The notes below the pieces were generated by a model. The model searched no databases. It was given only the letters and a program-made list of their open reading frames with translations, and was not told the DNA's origin. The translations under genes were made by a program, and so were the position numbers. This document shows, one piece after another, positions 55,876-64,000 of a DNA stretch of 64,000 nucleotides. This DNA is from Candidatus Kapaibacterium sp. (GTDB lineage Bacteria > Bacteroidota > Ignavibacteria > Kapaibacteriales > UBA2268): contig CP058732.1 of assembly GCA_013414795.1 (NCBI GenBank), positions 1,161,744-1,225,743 on the forward strand, read 5' to 3'. Each line of letters begins with the position of its first letter. The first letter of the stretch is position 1.

Positions 55876-55938
55876 TTTTTATTTTACAATTAAAGAAATT
55901 TTTCTTCGATTATACTTTTTTAAACAATTTGGTGAGGT

Positions 55939-56637
55939 ATGAAGAGGAACATTGCTTCCTTCGAGAATCCTTCTGTTGCATTAGCATTACAAGACTACAT
56001 CCGCAAAACATACTTGTGGATGTTTGCTGGCTTGGTTGTTTCGGGACTTACCGCCTGGTTTACCTTCACTTCTTCTATTTTTATGGCATTTGTTGCAAAC
56101 CCTGCTTCTTTGTTTATACTATTCCTTGCAGAGTTAGGGCTGGTTTGGTATCTTTCTGCGAGAGTAATGAGATTGCAAGCATCGACTGCGGCTTTCTTGT
56201 TTTTGTTGTACTCGTTCTTAAATGGTCTAACTCTTTCCTTGATTTTTGCGGTTTTCGCAAGTGCTACGATTCAAAATGTGTTTTTCACAACTGCTGCCTT
56301 GTTTGCTGCGATGAGTTTCTTTGGGTATACAACCAAAAGAGATTTGACAAGTTGGGGTAGTTTCTTGTTTATGGGTTTAATTGGCATTATCATTGCAACT
56401 TTGATAAATATTTTCATTGCCAGTTCCGCATTGGATTTTGCTATTTCTTTGATTGGGGTTTTTATTTTCGTTGGATTGACGGCATACGACACCCAAAAAA
56501 TCAAAGAAATGTTTTATGAATTGAGTGATGACAGTTCTGCTTTAGGTAAGTACTCAATTCTCGCTGCTTTGACTTTGTATTTGGACTTCATAAACCTATT
56601 CTTGTTCTTGTTGAGATTGTTTGGGCGACGTGAGTAA
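55939..56637 (+). CDS. Bax inhibitor-1/YccA family membrane protein
   Basis: 232 aa and 7 TM helices. The N-terminus FENPSVALALQDYIRKTYLWMFAGLVVSGLTAW is typical of this family. Confidence 0.8.
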   Translation: MKRNIASFENPSVALALQDYIRKTYLWMFAGLVVSGLTAWFTFTSSIFMAFVANPASLFILFLAELGLVWYLSARVMRLQASTAAFLFLLYSFLNGLTLSLIFAVFASATIQNVFFTTAALFAAMSFFGYTTKRDLTSWGSFLFMGLIGIIIATLINIFIASSALDFAISLIGVFIFVGLTAYDTQKIKEMFYELSDDSSALGKYSILAALTLYLDFINLFLFLLRLFGRRE

Positions 56638-57035
56638 TGGATATTTTTAGTAATCCAATTTCTTTAATTGAATACGCAAATTCAGAACTTACTGCTGGAA
56701 ATTACTCCAAAGTAATAGAAGTTTTAGAGGAGGGAATTCAACTTTACGATGAATTCCCTCTTCTTTTTCTTCTTCTTGCACGTGCGTATTTCGAAATAGA
56801 TGATGTTGAAAATGCCAGGAAAACGATTCAAGTAGCGTTGGAGAAATTTCCTTTTAACAAGAGTTTACAGCAATTTTACGATGAGTTGCAAACAAAAGCA
56901 AAGAGTTTTTCTGTTACAGAAGAAAATCATAGCCACAAAAATATTAATTCAATTATCTTTCCTTTTAGAAAAACTTCTTCGGGACTTTTTGCAAATAGAC
57001 TGCTTTTGACAAAGTCTTTTTTACATCAATTTTGA
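56637..57035 (+). CDS. hypothetical TPR-like protein
   Basis: 132 aa, helical, with a TPR-like segment (ARAYFEIDDVENARKTIQVALEKFP). It is start-stop coupled to the preceding gene. Confidence 0.3.
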   Translation: MDIFSNPISLIEYANSELTAGNYSKVIEVLEEGIQLYDEFPLLFLLLARAYFEIDDVENARKTIQVALEKFPFNKSLQQFYDELQTKAKSFSVTEENHSHKNINSIIFPFRKTSSGLFANRLLLTKSFLHQF

Positions 57036-57114
57036 TTCCCTTCATTTATTACTTGATATTTATAACTCCTAATTCCCCAAGCCTTCTTAATTTTGTGTTT
57101 TTTTCTGAAACTAA

Positions 57115-58197
57115 ATGAAGATAGTTGCTTGTTGCTTAAAGTATGAATACGGCGACCCAACACGTGGTTTAAGTTTTGAATACTACAATTTCTTGGATAC
57201 ACTTATCAAAATGGAAAATGGTAAGCATACCGTTATTCATTTTCCATTCGACGAATTCTACAAAAGCCTTGGACGCAATAAAATGAACGAAAAGTTAGTT
57301 GAGGTTGTTAAAGAACACAAGCCCGATTTGGTCTTCTTTTTTTTATTTAATGATGAGTTCAGAAAAGACGCACTTTTGTACATCAAGAACGAATTGGGGA
57401 TTCCTACATTCAACTGGTTTGCCGATGACCATTGGCGTTTTTATAATTTTAGTCGTTTTTGGGCTCCAATGTTTTCCTATGTTGCAACAACAGATTCCCA
57501 AGCAATTAAGAGATATCACAAGTATGGAATTTACAATGTGATAAAGTCTCAATGGGCGGTCAACCATTTTTTGTACAAAGTACCAGATGATTTCAATTTT
57601 GATGATGAACCCAAATTTTCGGTTACATTTGTTGGGCAAAAGCATAGCAACAGAGCCACTTTGATAAGTTTCTTGAAACAAAATGGCATAGATGTGCAAT
57701 GTTTTGGTAGGGGATGGGATAGCGGAAGAGTATCTTTTGAAAAAATGCTTGAAATATTTCGAACTTCAAGAATAAATTTAAATTTCAGTAACTCTTCGGG
57801 AAGTTTCCGTTTGAGAAGTCTGGCGACATTGTTCCTAACCAGAAGAATTGATATGAAAATTAGGCTTAACCGACTCGATAGATTGCATTTACATACTTTG
57901 TCGTTTTATAATCGTTTTACAAAAAGACAAATTAAGGGGCGTGTATTCGAAATTCCTGGCTCTGGAGGTTTCCTTTTAACCCAAGATGCTGATAATTTAA
58001 GAGATTATTATGTGGATGGTAAAGAAATAGCCATTTTCGACAATCAGAAGGATTTGCTCGAACAAGTGAAATTCTATCTCAACAATGAGACTTTGCGAAA
58101 GGAAATTGCTTATAACGGTTACCATAGAACATTACGTGAACATACATATGAGCAAAGATTTAAGGAAATTTTCAAACAAATTGGTTTAAAAGATTAG
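57115..58197 (+). CDS. CgeB-family glycosyltransferase (GT1-like, DUF3880-type)
   Basis: The C-terminal EIPGSGGFLLTQDADNLRDYYVDGKEIAIFDNQKDLLEQVKFYLNNETLRKEIAYNGYHRTLREHTYEQRF is characteristic of the CgeB family. Confidence 0.65.
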   Translation: MKIVACCLKYEYGDPTRGLSFEYYNFLDTLIKMENGKHTVIHFPFDEFYKSLGRNKMNEKLVEVVKEHKPDLVFFFLFNDEFRKDALLYIKNELGIPTFNWFADDHWRFYNFSRFWAPMFSYVATTDSQAIKRYHKYGIYNVIKSQWAVNHFLYKVPDDFNFDDEPKFSVTFVGQKHSNRATLISFLKQNGIDVQCFGRGWDSGRVSFEKMLEIFRTSRINLNFSNSSGSFRLRSLATLFLTRRIDMKIRLNRLDRLHLHTLSFYNRFTKRQIKGRVFEIPGSGGFLLTQDADNLRDYYVDGKEIAIFDNQKDLLEQVKFYLNNETLRKEIAYNGYHRTLREHTYEQRFKEIFKQIGLKD

Positions 58198-58206
58198 GTT
58201 AGTGTT

Positions 58207-58896
58207 ATGAAAGTACATCTTGGTTGTGGAAATAAGTATCTTGAAGGATATGTAAATATAGACCTTCCGCCAAGCGAACACACAGTGATGGAAGTCAAGG
58301 CAGATATGTTTGCCGATATTCGAACGCTTGAATTTCCAGAGAATTCAATCGAGGAAGTAAGGTTACACCATCTCTTTGAGCATTTCACACGAGCGGAAGC
58401 ATTGAAATTGCTTGTGCGATGGCGAAAATGGCTTAAAGTTGGCGGTATTCTCCATATTCAAACACCAGATTTTGCCGCTTGTGCACTGAAATATTTGTAT
58501 GCACCAATTAGATTAAGATTAAAACTTGGTCGCCACATATTTGGTTCGCAAGAGGCTCGTTGGGCGAACCATTTAGATTTTTGGGACAAAAAGAAATTTA
58601 AGTTTGTTTTAAAGAAATTAGGCTACGATATCGTCAAAATCAAACGCTATTGCAATTCTTTCCACAAACATTATTCGAAAATTCCATTTTCTGCTTTAAT
58701 TGGTGAACTTATTCCCGAAAAGATTTATCAAAAGTATGGTGGGTACAAACTCCCCGATATTGTTGTTTTTGCAAGAAAAAATGAACGAGAGATTAACTAC
58801 GATGAAGTCGTCGAAGAAATTCTTGAAACATATCTCATAGGTAAAGAAGATAGAAAGATGTTGGAAGTTTGGATGAATGAATATAGGAATATGTAG
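58207..58896 (+). CDS. class I SAM-dependent methyltransferase
   Basis: Motif I-like VHLGCGNKYLEGYVNID, and later WLKVGGILHIQTPDF. It follows the CgeB-like gene by 9 nt. Confidence 0.55.
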   Translation: MKVHLGCGNKYLEGYVNIDLPPSEHTVMEVKADMFADIRTLEFPENSIEEVRLHHLFEHFTRAEALKLLVRWRKWLKVGGILHIQTPDFAACALKYLYAPIRLRLKLGRHIFGSQEARWANHLDFWDKKKFKFVLKKLGYDIVKIKRYCNSFHKHYSKIPFSALIGELIPEKIYQKYGGYKLPDIVVFARKNEREINYDEVVEEILETYLIGKEDRKMLEVWMNEYRNM

Positions 58897-58944
58897 CGAT
58901 TCTCCATTTTTTTCAATTTTGGTCGATAAGATAATTGTACAAGT

Positions 58945-59346
58945 TTGGGTATAATGGAAGTTCAATTTGAATTGGAATTAAAGTTTGAAAAATCAGTGAT
59001 TTTCACGTATTTTATTTCTGAACAGAGGAACATCAAAAATACCGAGCCACCGAAAGAAGAAGACAAATTTGATTTGAACGATGTTTGGGATGCAGTAGAT
59101 AGCATTTTCGATTTAGGAGATTCAAATTTTTTCAGTTGGTTGCGACTAAACGAGGAGGAGCAAAGGAAGTTTTGGGAAATTGTGAGCAAACTCATAAAAG
59201 CGGGAATTATCGGCTATCGATATTATGATGTGAATGGGCATTTGGAAAGGCATTTCATCGAGTGGGAAATTGCAAACCCAAGATTGCAAAACGCAAAAGT
59301 AAAATATATTGACAAGAGGCAATATTCAAGGGATTGGCTCGTTTAA
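58945..59346 (+). CDS. hypothetical protein
   Basis: 133 aa with no recognisable motif. Its position in the operon is its only support. Confidence 0.3.
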   Translation: MGIMEVQFELELKFEKSVIFTYFISEQRNIKNTEPPKEEDKFDLNDVWDAVDSIFDLGDSNFFSWLRLNEEEQRKFWEIVSKLIKAGIIGYRYYDVNGHLERHFIEWEIANPRLQNAKVKYIDKRQYSRDWLV

Positions 59347-59368
59347 TTTTATTTAAATTTACCGAGAG

Positions 59369-60031
59369 TTGAAAGGTTTTCTTGCTGTTGCTTACAAAGA
59401 TTTGCAAATTGAATTCCGTAACAGGTATACCTTAACTACAACTATCCTTTTTACTTTAATTTCAACTACAATTGTCAACTTTAGTATACCTTCGAATTTA
59501 ATTCAAACCCAAGTTTATTCTGGTATGCTCTGGATTGTAATCTTCTTTGCCTCGATGACTGGAATGATGCGAGCCTTCGTAAGCGAGGAAGAAAAAGGCA
59601 CGACGCTACTGTTGAAAATGCTTTCGACACCATACGCAGTTTTTTTCGGTAAATTCCTTTTCAATCTCCTTATTTCTATTCTTGTCAATTTGACTTCGAT
59701 TCTAATGTTTATGCTGTTTTTTGATAAAATTTCTATTAAATATTTTCATTTGTTTGCGTTAACGATGCTTGTTGCGGGAATTGGTATTGCTGGTTGTTCT
59801 ACAATAATCGGAGCAATCGTCTCACGGGCAAATGTTAAAGGGGCACTTTTTCCGATATTATCACTTCCAATTTTAATACCTTTGCTAATGGTTGGTATCG
59901 AAGCCACACAATTTTCGATTGTAGGTAAGGACTTGAAATTGATTTTGCAGGACAATATTGTGATTTTTGCCTATTCTGGGCTCTTGATAACTCTTTCCTC
60001 TTTGCTTTTTGAATTTGTTTGGAAAGAATAA
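59369..60031 (+). CDS. CcmB-like ABC-2 transporter permease (heme exporter B family)
   Basis: 220 aa and six TM segments. RAFVSEEEKGTTLLLKMLSTP parallels the CcmB segment ERLFRDDLQDGSLEQLMLLP. No ccmA or ccmC lies adjacent. Confidence 0.5.
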   Translation: MKGFLAVAYKDLQIEFRNRYTLTTTILFTLISTTIVNFSIPSNLIQTQVYSGMLWIVIFFASMTGMMRAFVSEEEKGTTLLLKMLSTPYAVFFGKFLFNLLISILVNLTSILMFMLFFDKISIKYFHLFALTMLVAGIGIAGCSTIIGAIVSRANVKGALFPILSLPILIPLLMVGIEATQFSIVGKDLKLILQDNIVIFAYSGLLITLSSLLFEFVWKE

Positions 60032-60073
60032 AAATTTGCTTTTTATTTTTAATTTTGTAAGTTTTTTAATTAA

Positions 60074-61978
60074 TTGCAGATACAAATGAGGAAATGGCGA
60101 ATTGAAGATTCGATTGAACTTTACAACATAAAAGGTTGGGGTTTAGATTACTTCAACATAAACGAAAAGGGCAATCTGGTTGTAACTCCTTCGAAGAATG
60201 GGGTTCAAATTGATTTAAAAGAGTTAGTCGACGAATTGATTCTTCGGGATGTTTCGCTTCCAATTTTGGTTCGCTTCCCCGATATATTGGATTCCAGAAT
60301 TGAAACAATTACTCGATGTTTCGAGGATGCTTCAAGAGAATTTGGTTTTAAGGGTAACTACTATAATGTTTATCCAATTAAAGTGAACCAAGTTCGCCCA
60401 GTTGTAGAGGAAATAATGCGATATGGCAAAAAGTATAACATTGGGTTGGAGGCTGGTTCGAAACCCGAACTTCATGTTGTGCTCGCAGTTGCAAGTTCTC
60501 CAGATTCTCTTGTTATATGCAATGGATACAAGGACGAAAGTTTTATTGAACTTGCTCTTCTTGCCCAAAAGATGGGCAGAAAAGTATTTGTTGTGATAGA
60601 AAAATTTAATGAGTTGAAACTGCTGATTTCTCTGGCAAAAAGGTTGAAAATTAAACCGAATATAGGTGTTCGAATCAAACTGTCGACTCAAGGAAGTGGA
60701 AAATGGGAAGACTCTGCTGGGGATAAAAGCAAATTTGGTTTAACATCGAGCGAACTAATTGAAGCAATTGAATATCTTAAAAGCAATAAAATGCTCGACG
60801 CATTTAAACTGATTCATTTCCATATCGGTAGCCAGGTTACAAATATTCGAATGATAAAAAACGCATTGCGTGAATGTTCCCAATTCTATGTCCAATTGCG
60901 TAAACTAAACTGTAATATTGAATATGTTGATATAGGTGGTGGTCTTGGGGTAGATTACGACGGAACTCGTTCATTTAGTCCAAGTAGTATCAATTATACA
61001 ATTAAAGAATATGTTGATGATGCTGTTTATATGTTAAAAGAAGCCTGCGATAGGAATAATCTTCCCCACCCGAATATCATTACTGAATCTGGTCGTTCAC
61101 TTACAGCACATCATTCTGTTCTAATCTTCAATGTGTTGGAAGCAACATCAAATCCACGATGGGATTACGATAGCGATGAAATTCTGGAAACAGACCACGA
61201 GAACGTAAAAGAACTGTTCAATCTGCTGGAAAATGTGAATTCGACTAACATCCTTGAAACCTGGCACGACGCACAACAAATTCGAGAAGACTCTCTCGAT
61301 TTATTCAGTCTTGGACTTTTGGATTTGCAAACACGGGCAAAAGTCGAAAAGTTGTTCTGGACAGTGGCTTACGAAATTTACCAAATTGCCCTTGAAATGA
61401 AACATATGCCAGACGAACTTCGTCCGCTCTCAAGAATGCTCGCCGACAAATACTTCTGTAATTTTTCGCTCTTTCAATCTTTGCCAGATTCTTGGGCAAT
61501 CGACCAGGTGTTTCCAATTGTTCCAATTCATAGATTGAACGAAAAGCCAACCAGATTTGCCACTCTTCACGATATCACTTGCGATTCCGATGGTAAGATA
61601 GATAATTTTATCGGTACAAAGAATTATGCTCATTATTTGCCAGTTCACGAACTGAAACCCAACGAGCCATATTACATCGGCGTCTTTCTTGTTGGAGCAT
61701 ATCAAGAAATACTTGGCGATTTACACAACCTTTTTGGCGATACTAATGCTGTGCACGTTGTTGCCGAAGATGATAGTTACAAAATTGTTCAAGTAATCGA
61801 TGGAGAGACTGTTGCCGAGGTTCTGGATTATGTTCAATATGACTCGAAAAGACTTGTTCGAACAATTGAAACCTGGGTGACAGCCGCAGTAAAAGAAGGC
61901 AAAATTTCGCCCCAAGAAGGAAAGGAGTTCCTTTCCAATTACCGTTCTGGATTGTATGGTTACACTTATTTGGAGTAG
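60074..61978 (+). CDS. speA: biosynthetic arginine decarboxylase
   Basis: 634 aa. The N-terminus WRIEDSIELYNIKGWGLDYFNINEKGNLVV, the PLP-Lys region YPIKVNQ and later GGGLGVDYDG are SpeA hallmarks. Confidence 0.9.
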   Translation: MQIQMRKWRIEDSIELYNIKGWGLDYFNINEKGNLVVTPSKNGVQIDLKELVDELILRDVSLPILVRFPDILDSRIETITRCFEDASREFGFKGNYYNVYPIKVNQVRPVVEEIMRYGKKYNIGLEAGSKPELHVVLAVASSPDSLVICNGYKDESFIELALLAQKMGRKVFVVIEKFNELKLLISLAKRLKIKPNIGVRIKLSTQGSGKWEDSAGDKSKFGLTSSELIEAIEYLKSNKMLDAFKLIHFHIGSQVTNIRMIKNALRECSQFYVQLRKLNCNIEYVDIGGGLGVDYDGTRSFSPSSINYTIKEYVDDAVYMLKEACDRNNLPHPNIITESGRSLTAHHSVLIFNVLEATSNPRWDYDSDEILETDHENVKELFNLLENVNSTNILETWHDAQQIREDSLDLFSLGLLDLQTRAKVEKLFWTVAYEIYQIALEMKHMPDELRPLSRMLADKYFCNFSLFQSLPDSWAIDQVFPIVPIHRLNEKPTRFATLHDITCDSDGKIDNFIGTKNYAHYLPVHELKPNEPYYIGVFLVGAYQEILGDLHNLFGDTNAVHVVAEDDSYKIVQVIDGETVAEVLDYVQYDSKRLVRTIETWVTAAVKEGKISPQEGKEFLSNYRSGLYGYTYLE

Positions 61979-62547
61979 TGATGGAAGGCAAAATACCAAC
62001 ACGTGAAGAGGCACTCGAATTATTTTTGAAATACAACAAGAGTGAATCATTAATAAAACACGGAAAGGCTGTCGAAGGAGTTATGCGTTACATTGCTAAA
62101 AAACTCGGCGAAGATGAGGAACTATGGGGAATTGTCGGGTTAGTGCACGACCTGGATTATGAAATGTATCCAGACCAACATTGCCAGATGACTAAAAAGA
62201 TATTGGAAGAGAAAGGCTGGCATTCGACATTGATACGAGCAGTTCTTTCCCACGCCTGGGGCTTCTGTACAGATGTCGAACCTAAATCCTTAATGGAAAA
62301 ATATCTTTACGCAATAGATGAACTCACAGGGTTAATAACTGCTGTGGCTCTTGTTCGTCCCTCCAAAAGTATAGCCGATGTTGAAGTTAAATCAGTAAAA
62401 AAGAAATGGAAAGAGAAGAACTTTGCCGCTGGTGCCAATAGGGAAGTAATTCAAAAAGGAGCAGAAATGTTGGGAATTTCCCTCGACGAATTAATCCAAC
62501 TGACAATTGATGGTATGAAAACAGTCGCAAATGATATCGGTCTATAA
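61978..62547 (+). CDS. HD-domain phosphohydrolase
   Basis: H...HD motif: KHGKAVEGVMRYIA...GLVHDLDYE. It overlaps the speA stop (ATGA-type coupling). Confidence 0.7.
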   Translation: MMEGKIPTREEALELFLKYNKSESLIKHGKAVEGVMRYIAKKLGEDEELWGIVGLVHDLDYEMYPDQHCQMTKKILEEKGWHSTLIRAVLSHAWGFCTDVEPKSLMEKYLYAIDELTGLITAVALVRPSKSIADVEVKSVKKKWKEKNFAAGANREVIQKGAEMLGISLDELIQLTIDGMKTVANDIGL

Positions 62548-62574
62548 ATTCCACAATCCATTTCGAGGTAACTA

Positions 62575-63906
62575 ATGATTGTTGCAAAATTTGGTGGAAC
62601 ATCAGTTGCAAATGCCATTGCAATTGAACAAGTAAAAAATATTCTGTCCAAAAAGGAAAAGAAAACATTTGTTGTCGTTTCTGCTTTTGCTGGTGTTACC
62701 GATTTACTCCTTCGAATTACTAATTTAATAAAAAATAAAGATAAGAATTACCACCAGGAAATCGAGTCTTTGTTTAAAAGGCACTATGAAGTTGTTGAAC
62801 AATTAAGATTGAACCCAAATGTAGTAAATTTCCTTGACCAAAGCAAGCACGAATTCCAGATGATTGCAAATGCCTTGGTTGTTCTTGGGGAAATCACTCC
62901 ACGTTCCGTCGATTTGATTTTAAGTTATGGAGAAATATTATCCTCGCAAATAATCTATGCATATTTGAAATCACAAGGCTTTGATATTAATTTTGTCGAC
63001 CCAAGAGCGATTATCAAAACGGATGCGAATTTCACTTGTGCGGAAGTGGATGTGGTCGCAACAGAAACACAAATTCGAAACTACCTGGCTGGCAATTCTG
63101 CTTTCCAATTTCACATAACTGGTGGCTTTGTTGGTTCAACATTAGACGGATTTACAACAACTTTGGGGCGTGGTGGTTCTGATTATTCTGCTTCAATAAT
63201 TGCCTCTGTCATAAGTGCGGAAGAACTTGAAATTTGGACTGATGTCGACGGGATTATGACTTGCGACCCAAATTTTGTTCCAAATGCAAAACTTTTGGAA
63301 CAGGTTTCCTACAAAGAGGCTTCGGAAATGGCAATATTTGGAGCAAAAGTATTACATCCAAAAACAATTTACCCAGCGATTAAGAAAAAGATACCAGTTT
63401 TCGTTAAAAATACCTTTAACCCAGAAGGAAAATGTACTTTTATCACCTCCTACAACTCCAAAGAGAAGAAAGCAAAAGCCATTGCTTTTAGGAAAAACGT
63501 CACAGTGATTAATATAATTTCGAGTCAAATGCTTGGGACATATGGATTTCTTTCGAAAGTTTTTAAAGTTTTCGAAAAATTCGAAACCGAAGTCGATTTA
63601 GTCTCTACTTCCGAAGTTAGCATTTCTTTAACTATCGAAAACTTGGCATTTCTGTCCAAAATCGTTAAGGCATTGAAAGAATTTTCTGATGTAGAAGTAA
63701 TACAAAAGTGTGTAATTGTGTCGGTGATTGGCGAGGGAATTAAAAATTCCACAAAGGTGGCAAAACGAATTTTTTCCGCCATCGATGGAATAAATGTTCT
63801 TATGGTAAGTATGGGAGCCTCGGATATTAATTTCAGCATTGTTGTCCGTGAAAATGATTTTGAAAAAGTAGTTAAACTTTTGCATAAAGAATTTTTTGAA
63901 CAATAA
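62575..63906 (+). CDS. lysC: aspartate kinase
   Basis: MIVAKFGGTSVANA is the N-terminus of the amino-acid kinase fold. A C-terminal ACT-domain region is present. Confidence 0.9.
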   Translation: MIVAKFGGTSVANAIAIEQVKNILSKKEKKTFVVVSAFAGVTDLLLRITNLIKNKDKNYHQEIESLFKRHYEVVEQLRLNPNVVNFLDQSKHEFQMIANALVVLGEITPRSVDLILSYGEILSSQIIYAYLKSQGFDINFVDPRAIIKTDANFTCAEVDVVATETQIRNYLAGNSAFQFHITGGFVGSTLDGFTTTLGRGGSDYSASIIASVISAEELEIWTDVDGIMTCDPNFVPNAKLLEQVSYKEASEMAIFGAKVLHPKTIYPAIKKKIPVFVKNTFNPEGKCTFITSYNSKEKKAKAIAFRKNVTVINIISSQMLGTYGFLSKVFKVFEKFETEVDLVSTSEVSISLTIENLAFLSKIVKALKEFSDVEVIQKCVIVSVIGEGIKNSTKVAKRIFSAIDGINVLMVSMGASDINFSIVVRENDFEKVVKLLHKEFFEQ

Positions 63907-63918
63907 GGAACGGAATCA

Positions 63919-64000
63919 ATGGATTTCATCGGTAATGTCGACGTAAAATCGCTTGCAACGGAATTTGGTACTCCTTTATATGTTTACGATAGACAAAAGA
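63919..64000 (+). CDS. lysA: diaminopimelate decarboxylase, N-terminal fragment (continues past window end)
   Basis: MDFIGNVDVKSLATEFGTPLYVYDRQK matches the LysA N-terminus. It is truncated by the window edge. Confidence 0.7.
   Translation, partial: MDFIGNVDVKSLATEFGTPLYVYDRQK

Overview
This 64 kb window is a low-GC (roughly 33-38 % across most genes) bacterial chromosomal segment with dense coding on both strands. It has no rRNA, no CRISPR array and no recognisable transposase, integrase or phage genes. Several large secreted proteins end in C-terminal sorting domains typical of type IX secretion (T9SS) cargo, which points to an FCB-group organism, possibly an Ignavibacteria-like lineage; that taxonomic guess is inference only. 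Housekeeping genes I recognise with good confidence are thiolase, kdsA, rnhA, purM, recN, scpA/scpB, pdxJ, asnB, gdhA, ilvE, speA, lysC and the start of lysA. The window also holds two tRNAs, Ser-GGA and Arg-TCT, and a small SRP (4.5S) RNA. The less ordinary content is as follows. (i) A 1677-aa single polypeptide fuses one GT2 domain, two GT4 domains and a C-terminal TPR region; it sits beside a Tat-signal LD-carboxypeptidase and a 1533-aa vWA/beta-propeller/Ig-like T9SS cargo protein. (ii) Two adjacent paralogous T9SS cargo genes share an uncharacterised ~280-aa domain. (iii) A 1439-aa fusion joins two activase domains to a dehydratase-like domain. (iv) A tightly overlapping operon at 43.5-49.7 kb encodes a YjbR-like protein, an atypical kinase-fold protein, a cytoplasmic PAS histidine kinase with an N-terminal Rossmann (Gfo/Idh/MocA-like) domain, a response regulator whose output is a glycine-cleavage H-protein-like domain lacking the lipoyl-lysine, an AmmeMemoRadiSam-type radical SAM enzyme without its usual AMMECR1 and Memo partners, and a secreted TPR protein. 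I consider this operon the best candidate for an undescribed signalling or modification system in the window. All calls come from reading the supplied translations and the DNA by eye; no searches were run.
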